Below are positions 11,749-25,600 of a stretch of DNA of 64,000 nucleotides, in pieces. The stretch comes from Azolla caroliniana (taxonomy: Eukaryota > Plantae > Polypodiophyta). The notes beneath the pieces are model-generated. The model saw nothing but the letters and a program-made list of their open reading frames with translations, had not been told where the DNA came from and did not search any database. The translations under genes and the position numbers were made by a program. Position 1 is the first letter of the stretch, and each line of letters begins with the position of its first letter. The stretch is from positions 19,096,001 through 19,160,000 of the forward strand of contig JBHGNT010000009.1 in the NCBI GenBank assembly GCA_043228905.1. The letters are read 5' to 3'.

Positions 11749-13645
11749 GATGTGTCACGCTATCTACGTGACTACAAAGCGGAGATGATGCGATGTGGGA
11801 TACCAGAAGGATTGCAAGTGATATCCACAAGATACGGCAACAAAACCTGACATGGGGGTCCTTTGAAGAAGCTTTATGAGAGGCATATGACTATGAGAGA
11901 CCGAAGGGACGAGATCAACGCGAGTTCGACGAATGGGTTTTATTAGAGAAAACCCACCGAAGCGCAACACAAGCATTCCTAGAGTTCGAGCATCGTTTTG
12001 CTTGACTCTCGGAGCGGAACAAAGATTGTTGGGGGAGGATAAAGTCCTAATCTTCGTGAGATCGATCGATTAGAAAGAAAGGATGGACATCAGAATCCAA
12101 CTTGAAGATGATACGGTGCAAATGGTCTCATCGAGGATTGGGATGAAGTCGAAAGAGTATGCTAAAGACATGATAAGAGGAAAACGAGAATCTCGTTAAC
12201 AACAACATGGTCCATGAGGGATGTTCGATTAAGGATGAACAATGTGGCCGATACGAAGACTGAAGTACGATACGAAGGTACCACGGTAGAGGGTGTGGAA
12301 CAAACTACCCTCTCTTCTTGCAAAAGAACAATGACCAAGGATAAGGTCGATGACTTGAGAGTGGAGAATGCTACTTCAAAGGTGGAAGAAGGTTTTGGGA
12401 TATGAGTGTTTGAAACATCGAGTGAGATAGGGGTAAGCATAATCGATGCTTGCATGATCAAGGGAGATTAATAGTGTGAGGTAGACGTGATTGAGGAGGT
12501 AGCCACAAAAGATGACATCGAATCAGAGGTGGCTATGGATGAATCAATGGCGGATGGTCCTATCAACACTTTCCCACCACTAATTCCAGAGACTTCGGTG
12601 GTTGCATCTGAAAGGCAACGTGAGACCGAAGAGATGGAAGGTGGCGGAGAGAAAATAAAGGTCGAAGCCTATGCATATGACTGGGAGATAGCCGAGAAGG
12701 TGGCAATGAGCGAAACGATGGAGGACGGTATTATTGAGGATTCCTGCCCACCAATTCAAGAGACTTTGGCGATTGTGTCCGAGAACCAACGTGAGACCGG
12801 GGAGGTGGAAGGTGGGAGCAAAGAACGTAAAGTCGGAAGTGGGTTTGGACGGAAGATGATTTAACCAGAATTTCGGCCTAGACGAAAGCTGAACCAAGCG
12901 AAAGTGGATTTGAACAAAATCCGATTCGTCCAGTTCAACCTGGACATCATTCCAATCGGAAGCCGATCGGACGAGATCGATCCAGAAAGAAGTGCGGGAA
13001 GTCAAACCGGTCGAGACCGGTGAAAACAAAGAAAAGGACGCAAACCCAGATAGAAAGTGATAGGTCGAACCCAACCCGGAAGGGGCCCGACTCGGTAAAA
13101 ACCAATCAACCGAGTTCGATTCGGCCAAATACGAATTAGAATGGAAGCTTATTCAACTGAAAGACGATCGGACGAGACCAATCCAGAAAGAAATTGAGGT
13201 TGATGAATACGAGGAAGAGGCCAAGTAAGTGCACTACAACGGATGACAAGGACCAAGCGGGCCAAGTGGATTTGAAGAGTGTTATTAAGGATGAGATCTC
13301 GACAAAGAAGGAGGGCACTAACATGAAGATTGTCAATTCTAATGCGAGATTATACGACAAAGGTGGATGAAGTGGGAAGCATGGCACATGCACAAGACAT
13401 GAAGGGTTATGCTCAAGAGGATCACAAGGAGCCATGACAACTGGCCATGGCAATGCAAAGAGTGAACAAAGAATATGGTGGATCGGATGGCGACAATGGT
13501 TCGGGTGGAAAGAATGGATGTGCTCAAAATGGAGAGACAAAGTCGACACAACGTAAGAAACTGAGGGTACTATGGATAAAAGAGAATAACGAGCTCCAAC
13601 AACTTTGGCACATACCGGAGGATGTGCAGGTTCGAAGGGGGCGAG
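11749..13645 (+). pseudogene. Rest of the non-autonomous internal region: gag remnant, then an acidic low-complexity coding-like region with a ~170-bp tandem duplication
   Basis: ORF 12487-12864 repeats EVAMDESMADG..PPLIPET..ERQRETEEMEGG / KVAMSETMEDG..PPIQET..ENQRETGEVEGG; no RT or IN motifs. Confidence 0.6.
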
Positions 13646-14353
13646 TGTCGTAGTGTATTTCGTATACTACGTGAAAAACGTGTATAGTACTAGATTCAAT
13701 AAATAAGAAGAAATAGAAGAAAATATTAAAATATAAATTACGTGCATAGGGCAAGATTTGAACCTTGTACCTCCGTGTTAATAATGTAAAGCCTTACCAT
13801 TACACTAACACATCATAAGATTTAAAAAAGAAGATATCCCACGTAGAAAGGTAAGTTCACGTATATTTTCTAGGAAAAACTTTAGTTAGAAGAAAAACAC
13901 ATGATAGAAAAAAGTTACACATGCACATTTAGCGTGCATAAACACTATAGTCGATAAAAACGCATGAGGTTAGAAAAGCAGGATCACTTTTAGAAAAAGC
14001 ATGTTAGAGAAAGCATATAGTCTATAGATAGAGAAAGCATGGAGTCCATAGTTAGTGAAAAAGCATGGATTGCTAAGACTCTCTTGAATCACTATATAAG
14101 GATGGGAGCACAATGTAATAGGGGGGAGAAAATTATGGATGAAAAATCATTAGGGTTAAAAATTAATGATTAATAAAATAAACTATGCTTGTGGGATTCA
14201 CAAGTTTCTATATCTTTCTTTTCCAATCTATTCCTATTGATTCTTAAAATCTATTCATAACTAGATTCATCTCAAGTTCTTCCTCCTCCTAGTCCAAAAC
14301 CCCAGCGGTTCCCACCCGACTCATGCAATGATCCGACGCCGAAAGGCACGACA
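13646..14353 (+). repeat. 3' LTR of the 4489 element
   Basis: TGTCGTAGTG...GGCACGACA after the PPT. Confidence 0.93.
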
Positions 14354-14357
14354 ACGG

Positions 14358-15106
14358 GTATATCAATAGATCTCCCGTAAAATTTTTGTTTGATTCGGGA
14401 AGCTCACACAATTTTGTGAATGATCATTTGGTTCAGATATGGGGAATCCAACCCACCATAAGTGATCACACCTATACGATGCACTTGGCTGATGGAAGAG
14501 TACAATACATCAAATGAGGCGATTCATTCGTTAGGAATTTCTATTGATATTTATATAGAGGAAGTAGACTTCTATGTAATGAATCTTTGTACCACTGATG
14601 TAATACTGGGTTATCCCTGGTTCTAGAATAAAAACTCTTCTTTATCTATTAATTGGGTTCATCAATCAATAACTTTTGTACTGAACGATTGTACTCATTT
14701 TATTCAATGTGTAAAAAAACAATCCCTCTCGATTGCTTCCTCTCCATCAATATCTGAGTTGTCTTGTTCTACTCTATTTTATTGTGTACTTGATCCAGAT
14801 ATTCATGTTTACAATATCGATAATGTCTCGGTTCAGTTAACATATTTTGAACAACAACTTGATGAAATCTTAAATGATTTTCGTGATGATTTTCCGAGTG
14901 AACTACCAGATGGGTTACCTCCTAAACATAATATAGACCATCGTATAAATATTGTACCTGGTGTTGCACCAATAAGTATACCTCCTTATTGTTTAAGTTT
15001 ATCCAAAGAGGATGAGGTATCTAAGCAACTCAAGGACTATTTACGAATGGGTTATATACGTTATAGTAAATCTCCATGGGGTGCACTAGTTCTCTTGGTC
15101 AAACGT
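14358..15106 (+). pseudogene. pol: Host chromovirus protease and RT N-terminus
   Basis: FLFDSGSSHNF; DFPSELPDGLPP..DHRI..PG; SKSPWGALVLLVK. Confidence 0.85.
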
Positions 15107-15847
15107 GTTGTCGTAGTGTGAATCACACATTACGTGAAATATGTAAAATACTATATCCGATTTAAAGTACGTATAATAAATAAAATAAAATATTAAAAAT
15201 ATGTTTTACATGCATAAGGCAAGATTCAAACCCTGTACCTCTATCTAGATAAACCCCAACCTTACCATTGTACTAACTTATCCTAAGTGTTTTAAATATA
15301 GATTTAATACATATAAGACCTTTATTTACGCCTACCTTTATTAAAAGGTAAGTCATGCATGTTTTTTAGAATGCGTGAATACTTTATTTATAATAAAAAA
15401 AATGTACACCAATGAAAAATGACTCGTGCACATTTAACGAGCATGAGCACTATATTTAGGAAATAAAAGCATAGTGTAAAAAGGCAACTCATGCACATTT
15501 AGTGTGCATGAACACCCTAGAAAAAGCATGAAGCTATGCTTAGCCTCTTCCATCCTTATATAAGGAGGAGAGAAAGATGTATGGGGGGTTGTTGATTATT
15601 TTACAAGGATTGATTAATAAAAAAATATTCGTGGGATTCACGATTTTGCCATCTATTTCTCCCTTACATTCTAAGTATCAATTAATACACTATACTCGTG
15701 GGATTCACGAGTTTTTCATATCTTTCTTTCTTACAACATATTTCATATTCTTCATTGCCTTAGAATTTTCTTTTCTCCTAGTCCAAAACCTCAGTGGTTG
15801 CCACCAGACTCACGCAAACGATCCGGCGCCAAAAGGCACGACACAAG

Positions 15848-15864
15848 TGGTGAACCTAACGTGA
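15848..15864 (+). promoter_or_regulatory. PBS complementary to the 3' end of tRNA-Trp
   Basis: TGGTGAACCTAACGTGA; the perfect version TGGTGAACCCGACGTGA at 62246 is the reverse complement of plant tRNA-Trp ...TCACGTCGGGTTCACCA. Confidence 0.85.
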
Positions 15865-15881
15865 ACACGGGTGGCAAGGAG

Positions 15882-17931
15882 ATGGAAAATAAATCGGAGG
15901 CTAACAACATGATGATGATGTTCGAGCGGATGCTTCAAGAACAACGTGCGATGATGTCGGAGATAGCGGCGGCAGTAGAGCGACTCATGCAACGGATCGG
16001 GCAATTCAACGGGAAGGACGTATCACGCTATCATCGGGACTACAAGGCGGAAATGATACGATGTGGGATTTTGGAAGGACTACAAGTGATATCCTTCAAT
16101 CGGGTAGCTACCGACGGGCTTCAAGCAAGTATCCACGGGCTACGACAACAAAATCTGACGTGGGAAGCATTTGAAGAGGCGCTAAAGACCACGTTCGCTA
16201 TCGAGGACTCCTCCAAGGCAACGTGGAGAGGATTCGAGGATTGGGTAGAAATGCTGGACAAGGGGATGAAGGTCCTCGATGTGTTTTCGGCATTCGAAAG
16301 TCGGTTCGGGAGGTTGTCTGCGAGAGATCAAGCTATCCTCGCACCAGACAAAGTTATCATGTTCTTACGAGCCGTAGACGTCCGGGACCGGAAGGATCTT
16401 GGAGTGCTTCTAGAGGACACGAATACCGAGAGTGGCCTCACCGAAACATGGGAAAGCGTGCGGGATATCGTCGCGCGATACACAAAGAGGGGGCAATGGC
16501 TTGCCAACGAAGAAAAGAGGGTTTTGGAACTGATCCCAAAATTGAGATTCGGATCGGAAGACCATCAACCGCGGGCTCGGGAAGCTATGACCGAGAAGGG
16601 AATCGATGCAACTATGGTGGAGCAATTGCTGAAGGAGATGGAGAATTTAAAAATCGCGATGGTGAAGAAGTCGGATGACCGTCCCACAAGTTCCAAGTAT
16701 ATGGACCGTCGGTGCATATGGTGCGATAGCACCGAACATGATCAGAGGGATTGCGACGAATACAAGGAAGCGCTACGATGGGATCTTATCTACTACGAGG
16801 GAAATCAGATTCATTCGATGGACTCTCGGAAGCCGCTTCGACCGAACATCCGAAAAGGCAGCATGAAGAAGGTCCTAGAGGAGGAAATAGCGGCGAAGAG
16901 CAATTACACGACAACCGCGGGAATACGTGTCGGGGAGTCATCGGGAGCAAAGGTGTCTTTTTGGCCGGAAGTGCTAGAAAACAACGAGAAAACCGACTCT
17001 AATGAGATCCGAAGCACCGCGGAAGGCATTCGGGAAGCTACGGGATGGGAGTGCCCCGTCGATAAGAATAGCGTATACGCCCTATGTCAATTACATGAGG
17101 TGTATGTGGATGAGAAGCGGCGATGCACGGAGGATGCGGCTGGACCATCGAAGACACCGGAGAGCTGGAACTCCGACGGAAGAGGGAAAGGAAAAACGAT
17201 TCCAGCATTCAAGCTCGCCTCGGACATCGAACAACAAACGGACTTGAAAAAGGTGTTCGGGGAGAGAATCCTCGACAGCCGGGTAGATTTTTCACTTCGA
17301 GAACTACTCGGAATAGCAAAAAAGGAGTTCCATGATCTTATGGATCTCGTAAAATGAAAAAGACAAAATACAGAGGAAAATGCGCCGATGGTGAATGCAA
17401 ATACCATTATGATGAACGACACCGAAGTGGAGGACGAGATTCCGAATTCCCACTATACAAAGCCACACTGGGCACGTGTAACTACGGAGACTCCGGTCCG
17501 AATCGGCAACATCAAAGAGCCCGTGCTAGCATTGATTGATCACGGATCGGAGATCAATTTGATGTCCAAAGAGTTCTACCGGAAGGGGAAGTGGCCTATT
17601 AACACCAATCATGGATGGAAGATCCGGGTGGCCACTAAAGCAATGGAAGATCTATTTGCGGCTTGTCCGGATGTGACGGTGAAGATCGGGGATGTTGAGA
17701 TCGACCAAAATTTCTTCGTATAAGACGAGGTCTCACACTCCGTGATCCTCGGGCAACCCTTTATCATGGCATCACGGATGGAGACGAAGGTGCTCGATAG
17801 CGGTGCGGCTTTTGCACGAATCCGGAGCCAAAACGGAGGGAAATCCGTCCACCGTCCAATTCCTAACGGTGTCGGCAAATTATGAAAGGAACAAGAGAGA
17901 GCTCTTGTCCCAAACAAGGATGGATTTTTAG
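15882..17931 (+). pseudogene. gag: gag-protease, Phygy-like (stops at 17355 and 17721, 7-bp duplication at ~17845)
   Basis: CIWCDSTEHDQRDC knuckle and ALIDHGSEIN protease; the repaired frame ends ..RMDF* at 17931; collinear with the ORF starting at 62280. Confidence 0.88.
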
Positions 17932-20900
17932 AGTGGACTGTTGCGTAGTGGGGAAGTGATAGTCCGAGAAGCCCTGATACCCCACACAGGAGAAAACTCT
18001 CGGAGCAAAACAAGTACGAATCGGTCCGGATGGGGCATCTATGTACATGGCCGTAACCGGAGGAATGAAGAAAGAATACCGAAAAGTGGAGGATAAGTTA
18101 CGGTCGGCATCAATAATAAAAGAAGATGAAGAAATCGTGGGAATAGTTGAAGAAATGTTCTATGGGAGCACGCTACAACGGCTTGAAGAGCTCGCGAAAG
18201 ATACAAGCCAGGGAGACCGGGTAGTCCTGGTGGAATCGGTCGAGATGTACGAGATCATTGTGAAAATGGGGCCGGATATGCTCCGCAAAGAAGAAGCAAT
18301 GGTAAGTATGAAATACAAGACCGTGGAGAAGAAGGTGAATGTGGCCGCGGGACCACTACCTGCCGATAGCGAACAAAAGAGGAAAGAAGTCTCGGGAGAT
18401 CCGACACTTCAGAAGTCCGTGGATATTGGACATGCCTTCAAGGATGAGACCCCGGAAGAAACTTTGGATTGGTGGAGGTGGTTTCCTTTTACAAAATGAA
18501 GAAGAACGATTCCGAGGGATGTTGGAACAACATGGGAAAGCATTTGCATTCACATTGAAGGAGATAGGGTGCGTTGATCCGAAGATAGTGGAGCCGATGG
18601 TGATCTTCATGATTGACCATGTGCCGTGGAACCTGAAGCCGATTCCGGTGCCACGGACACATATTTTGAAAGTCATCAACTTGCTCAAGGAGAAGGTGGC
18701 GATGGGGATTCTAGAGCCATCAAGTGCTCCGTACTCAAATCGATGGTTTACGGTTCCGAAGAAGAATGGGTCACTCCGATTTATCCAAGACTTGCAATCG
18801 GTAAACAAAGTCATGATCCGGAACTCCGGAGTCGGTCCGATAGTGGATGAATTTGCGGAAGCATTTGCCGGTCGAGCGATATACTCCATCGGAGACCTAT
18901 ACTCGGGGTATGACCAATTCCAGCTAGCCGTGGAGAGCCGAGACATCACTACCATGCGGACACCGATAGGATTAGTCCGGATGTGTACGCTACCACAAGG
19001 CGCGACGAACTCGGTCGCACATATGATGAATGCAATGAACAAGGTGCTTCGAGACTGCATTCCGGAGATAACGATGCTTTTCCTGGATGACATTCCGATG
19101 AAAGGATGCGCGGTAGAAGAAAACGATGAAACTATGGATGATCGAGGATGCCGAAAGTTCGTAGTCGACCATATTCGCGATTGCGAGAAAGTGCTTCGAA
19201 AGTTAGAAGATGTGCACCTAACACTTTCCGGGGAGAAATCGGCATTCGAGCAAGAAGAAATATTGGTAGTCGGATATCTATGTGGGCCCTACGGCCGAAG
19301 ACCGTCACCGACCAAGATCGATGCAATTCAAGCTATGAAAGAAAAATGCGAGTCACAATCTGAAGTCCGAAGGTTTCTCGGAGCATGTGCACTCTATCAC
19401 ATATGGATTCCGCACTATGCACATATTGCGGACCCACTCTATCACTTGTTGCGGAAGGGTAAGAAGATTGAATGGAAACCGGAGCATACCAAAGCTGTGA
19501 AGAAGCTCAAGAAATCACTACGGAGGGCAAAAGCACTAAAGAAGTTGAACTATGACCGACTGATCATAGTAATGGTTGCCACGAGTCCAAATGGAATCGG
19601 ATGGGTCATCAATCAAGCCGATCCGGATGGTTCGCGATATCCGATCCGATTCGGAGCAAAGGTTCTCAATGAAAGGCAACGCGGATATGCACAAGTCAAA
19701 AGAGAATTATGGGGAGTCATGTCGGCAATCAAATCGGATCAAGATTATTTGATCGGGGTTGAAGTAGTGATCGAAACGGATTGTCTTCCGATACTCGGGA
19801 TGATGCGGTGTTGCACGATACCGGATGTGGCTATGCTAAGATGGATTGCATATGTTAAGTCGCTTAATCCGGAGGTACGACACATCTCCGGAAAAGACAA
19901 TGCGGTAGCGGATATGCTATCAAGGGCGAGGTTCGGAGATGACATAACCGAATCCGATAATGAAGAAGTTTCCGAAGACTACTTTGCTTCAGAGCACATA
20001 TGCCGGGTGAACATAATCCGAGAATTCTGGAAAGAAGAATACGAGGGAGAAAGCTTGCTGATCGGGAAAGTGCTACAAGAAATCGAGAAATCATCGGACA
20101 ATAAAGAGAAGAGATCCGAGATCTGAAGTAAGAAGCGGCAAGTTCGAAAGTTCTTCTTGAAAAATGGGTTAATAGGAGGGAGCCGAAAAGACCGGATGGC
20201 ATACCACTTCGGGTAGTCGGGACGAAAGAGCAACGAAACCGGATAATGTCCGAATTTCACGAATCCGATTGGGCTGGACATTGAGGAACATGGGCAACTT
20301 TTGTGCAAATCAAACAAAAATATTGGTGGAAGAACATGTACAAAGATATAGCGGAATTCACGGAAAGCTGCGAGAAGTGTCAAATCTACTCCGGAGTTCG
20401 ACACCGAGATGAGTTACATCTGACATTCTCACCGACAATCAATTTCAAATGGATGGTCGATATTGTAGCCATGCCAACTGGGATCAGACAAAAGAAGTAC
20501 TTGATGTTAGCTCGGGAAGATCTCACAAACCAAGTAGAAGGTCGGGCGCTACGAAGGAAAACATGTTCTGCGGTATGCCAATTTCTTTTGGAGGAGGTGT
20601 TTTGCAGGTACAAGTGATTGCGGATCGGGGAGAACTCAACTCTGATAAAGCTAAGGAATTCTTCACCAAACATGGAGTTCGGTTAACATTGACAACGGCA
20701 TACAATCCAGAAGCCAACGGGAAGATTGAACGAGGACATAGTCTGATCGTCAAAGCACTTGCGAAGGCATGCGATGGAAGTGTGAAGAATTGGTCGCAGA
20801 TGCTTCCGTATGCACTATGGGCGGATCGGACGACACATAGCTCCGTAACCGGTTACATGCCGGCAGAACTCATGACCGGACAAGCACCGATAATGCCAAC

Positions 20901-21458
20901 GGAAACCGCGATCGCAACATGGACAATGCTACCGTGGAAGGAAGAGATGAGCCGGAAAGAACTACTAGCGGTCCAGATACGACAACTAGAGGGAAGACCG
21001 GAAGACCGGAAGACGTAGCGGAAGCAATGCGCCGACAACAAGAAGCGCGATTCCGGAATAAAAGCATGTTCGACACAAAGCACTGACTACGACTGCGGAA
21101 GATTGAAGAAGGAGATTGGGTGATTGTCTACGACAGTAGTTTGGATCATCAACATAGAACGATGTGGAAGTTCGCGAAAAGGTGGTTCGGGCCATACGAG
21201 GTTCGGAAAGTTTTCGACAACAGAACTTACCGACTATGCGAGTTGGATGGAACGATGCTACGAGTGTCTATAGCTGGGAAACGGGTGAAGATTTTCAAGA
21301 AGCGGACTGATGAAGAACCTTATGTGATCCTAGACAAGACCGACAAGAAGGAGCAATCGGACGAAGATTGCGGTGATGCGGAAAGCGAAGAAAGTGGATT
21401 ACAACTCATAGTCGACTTAAGGGGAGAATCGGAGGAAGCTTCGGATGAAGATGAATAG
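17932..21458 (+). pseudogene. pol: pol (RT-RH-IN), Phygy-like, with frameshifts and stops
   Basis: ORF 18339-20126 with DLYSGY, LPQG, FLDD, ETDC, NAVADMLSR; IN 20303-21018 (C..C, D..D..E, YNPEANG); FGPY at ~21185. Confidence 0.92.
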
Positions 21459-22251
21459 AAAGCATCGGGGACTTCGGCACATACCGGAGGATGTGCGGGT
21501 TCGGAGAGGGCGAGTGTCGTAGTGTGAATCACACACTACATGAAATATGTAAAATACTATATCCGATTTAAAGTACGTATAATAAATAAAATAAAATATT
21601 AAAAATATGTTTTACATGCACAAGGCAAGATTCAAACCCTATACCTCTATATAGATAAACCCCAACCTTACCATTGTACTAACTTATCCTAAGTGTTCTA
21701 AATATAGATTTAATACGTATAAGACCTTTATTTACGCCTACCTTTATTAAAAGGTAAGTCATGCATGTTTTTTAGAATGCGTGAATACTTTATTTATAAT
21801 AAAAAAATGTACACCAATGAAAAATGACTCGTGCACATCTAACGAGCATGAGCACTATATTTAGGAAATAAAAACATAGTGTAAAAAGGCAACTCATGCA
21901 CATTTAGTGTGCATGAACACTCTAGAAAAAGCATGAAGCTATGCTTAGCCTCTTCCATCCTTATATAAGGAGGAGAGAAAGATGTATGGGGGGTTGTTGA
22001 TTATTTTACAAGGATTGATTAATAAAAAAATATTCGTGGGATTCACGATTTTGCCATCTATTTCTCCCAAGTTACATTCTAAGTATCAATTAATACACTA
22101 TACTCGTGGGATTCACGAGTTTTTCATATCTTTCTTTCTTATAACATATTTCATATTCTTCATTGCCTTAGAATTTTCTTTTCTCCTAGTCCAAAACCTC
22201 AGTGGTTGCCACCTGACTCATGCAAACGATCTGGCGCCAAAAGGCACGACA

Positions 22252-22639
22252 ACGTAAGTCTACAAAACCTATTGTCTGGAATGCTACACTAGACCTTGCC
22301 TTTAAGGAACTCAAGGACTTGGTGTGCAAGGTTCCTTCACTTCTTTTACCGGATCCTTCAAACCTTTTGAGGTTGAAACCGATGCAAGCGATTATGCTAT
22401 AGGTGTTGTCTTATATCAAGATGGTAAACCAATAGCATTCGAGAGTAAGAAACTTGATTCTGCTCAATGTCAGTATACCGTTCAAGAAAAGGAATTATTT
22501 TGCAGTTATACATGCGCTCAAAACATGGCGCCATTATCTTTATGGAAAATCATTTTGTGGTAACTACGGACCACAAGTCCTTTAAATATTTTTGTCACCA
22601 ACAAGACCAAAAAGATCGTAAGGCACGATGGGCTGATCG
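22252..22639 (+). pseudogene. pol: Host chromovirus RNase H fragment
   Basis: LLLPDPSKPFEVETDASDYAIG..PIAFESKKL..EKEL..TDH. Confidence 0.88.
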
Positions 22640-25600
22640 TGTCATGATATGGCAAGACTCGAACCCATGACCTTATGGTATATGGGTCGAGCTCTTGAAT
22701 TACGATATTATTTTCATTTATGTTTTATTATAAGAAAGTAATGTATATTCCAGATTTCTCTGGAACATTCTAGAAGTTTCAGGATTACTCCTGACAACAC
22801 TATAAAAGAAGGCACTAGGCATTATGTTGAACCAAATTGGTTCGACGCCAGTCTTAAGCCTCTTAGCCGATTTGTACTTATCTTTGGACATAATATAAGA
22901 GCTGTTGTCATTATCATCTCTCTCTCTCTCTCTCTCCTCTTCTCACATCCTCTCTCGGGAATCTCACGTAGTTCCGTCCTCTTAGTACTAATAGTACTAC
23001 TCTTCTTAGTACTAATTCCATCTCTGCTTTAGTACTATTCTTGACAGTTTGAACCAATTTTTTCCTTTCCTCCAGCCTACTTGTCGTTCTCCCTCATCCT
23101 CCTACCCTTTTCCCTATACTATGGCTACTGTTAGCGCCCAAGAATATCAATCCGTTTTCTCCAAGTTACAGTGCCTAAAAGAAAAGTTTGTTGCCCTGGA
23201 ACAAGAAAAACCAACGGTTGATAGGGGATCTGCAACAAATCGCTCTCGAAAAACAACAAACGCAACAACAACATGGGGAGTTAGCATTACGGGTACAACA
23301 ACTCGAAGCAGCGTTGCAACAACAAGGATCAAGTCCCCAAGGATTTCATAAAGAGCCCAAGATTGGACTTCTTGTGAAATTTGATGGAACGCGATCGCAA
23401 TTTCGGGGATTCCTTAATCAGGTACGCTTAGTCATCCAGATGCATCCTTCCAGATATCCCACTGATGCATCTCGAGTCGGCCTAATAGGCACGTTACTTA
23501 GCAGCTCAGCCTTGGCATGGTTCGCTCCGCTTCTAGAAAAACAATCACCCTTGCTTAATAACTTTGAAGATTTTATTGGTGAGTTTAAAGCCTACTTTGG
23601 AGATACCGACAACATCTGGACGGCGATCAACAAGATCCGAAGATTGCGTCAAGGCGATCGTCCAGCCTCTGCCTACGCGGCGGATTTCCGTCCACTCGTC
23701 TCAGATATTCCTTGGGATGATCAGGCCCTCATGTACCAGTTTCACTACGGCTTCCACAATGATGTCAAAGATCTGCTTTTAACCTTCCCCGAAGAACCAA
23801 AGTCTCTTACGAAGGCAATCAATCGAGCGGTCCGATGCGACAACCGCCTTTTCGAACGGCGTTCGGAGCGTCAGTTACAAATACCACGCTCTCGGCCGGA
23901 ACCCACATATGCCTCAGTCACGGCTAAACCGTTTGCACGCGATGTACCCCAAGCCAATATTCCGACACCGATGGAGATTGACAGCATGCGTTGACGCGGC
24001 CCATTATCGGAAGAAGAAAAGCAACGACGACGTGCCAATCGATTATGTCTTTATTGTGGTGGACCAGGGCATATCGCCATCAATTGTCCCCATAGGCCAA
24101 GAAGACAGGTAAATCAAATCATCTCTTGTACTAAACCCGAGTCAATTCTTCCCTTCGGAGTGTCTGATAGTATTAATAGTACTAATAGAGTGTCAGATAG
24201 TATTCATAGTACTAATAGCCCAAGTATCTCAAAAAAATTTGAAATCCTTAGTCAATTAGATGAAGAGTTAAACGATTGAGTCCAGCCAAAATAGGAGCCG
24301 TTTGGTTGGACAGCAGCCCTAGATCTGTACAGCCCATTAGTGGTTCCATTCCTTCCAAGCAAGTTAGCAATGTGTTCCTAGCCCAAGTCATTGTTAGTAC
24401 TAAAAGTACTCCCCCAGTACCCGTCCTAGCACTCTTAGATTCCGGAGCTAATTCTTGTTTCATGGATCGAAATTTTGCCCAAGCTTCTCAGATATCCCTA
24501 AGAAAACTTCCTTGTCCCGCATTTGTAGTAGTCATTGATGGTCGTCCCATTGCTTCTGGGAATATTGTAGAAGAACTAGAACCCATTCAAGTTGTCCTAT
24601 GTAGTTTTGTGTGTGTAATATCATTTAATATAATTAGTAGTCCAGAGCATCCCATTGTCCTAGGATTACCTTGGTTTCAATTACATAATCCAGCCATAGA
24701 TTGGAGAACAAGAGAAGTCCGATATTGACCACCCCAAGAACCTACTCATCGAGTTTCGACCATCTCACTCCATCATTTACGCGAAGAAGGACACAAGGAG
24801 GCAATGTTCCTATTTGCAATATCAGTACATCCTTCCAGCACTATTAAGAAGGACTCCTCAGTACAACTTCTGGCAAAATATCATCCTTATGCCGATGTAT
24901 TTGACAAGGTAAAAGACGGTACCCTTCCGCATCACCGTCCCTATGACTGTCCCATCGATTTACAACCAGGAACCGAGCCACCATGGGGACCAATTTACAA
25001 CTTGTCACCCACCGAGTTAGAAGTCCTTCGAGCCTACATAGAGGAGACCTTGGCAAGCGGGTTCATCCGTCATTCGGAATCTCCGGCCGGTGCACCCATC
25101 TTCTTTGTCAAGAAGAAAGATGGCTCACTTCGTCTCGTCGTTGATTACCGCGAATTGAATAAGGTCACCATCCGGAATAGGTATGCACTTCCTCTTATAT
25201 CAAGTCTTTTAGAGCGAGTTAATGGTGCCAAGTTTTTTACCAAAATCGATCTACGAGGAGCGTATAACCTCGTGCGGATCCGACCGGGAGATGAATGGAA
25301 GACCGCCTTTCGCATTTCGCGTATACTGTTATGCCATTTGGCTTAACCAATGCACCCGCAGTCTTCCAACACATGGCAAATGATATATTCAGAGATCTCT
25401 TGGATATCTGTTTGATCATTTATCTGGATGATCTATTGATTTATTCGAAGACCCAGGAAGAGCACGATTCTCATGTACTATTAGTATTAAATCGACTCCG
25501 CGAGAATGGTCTTTATGCCAAGCTAGAAAAATGTAGCTTTGACTGCAAGCAAGTGGAATTTCTAGGCTACGTCATCTCCTCAAAGATTATCCTACCCCTC

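Larger units (their letters stand above)
4489..14353 (+). mobile_element. Non-autonomous Phygy-like gypsy element (gag-like start plus acidic region, no pol)
   Basis: 5' LTR 4489-5909 (interrupted), 3' LTR 13646-14353, TSD ACGG (4485-4488 / 14354-14357), Trp-PBS 5914-5928, PPT GAAGGGGGCGAG; gag QFNGK|DVSRY split by the 6083 insertion. Confidence 0.92.
15109..22251 (+). mobile_element. Phygy-like Ty3/gypsy, full length, degenerate
   Basis: LTRs 15109-15843 and 21515-22251 (highly similar); Trp-PBS 15848-15864; PPT GGAGAGGGCGAG; gag-PR, RT-RH, IN without chromodomain; TSD probably ACGT (left copy followed by an extra GT). Confidence 0.93.

Noticed and set aside
15798-15881. N-terminal extension of the 519-aa gag ORF
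   Set aside because: It begins at a TTG inside the LTR and spans the PBS; the homologous ATG is at 15882 (compare 62280 and 5948)
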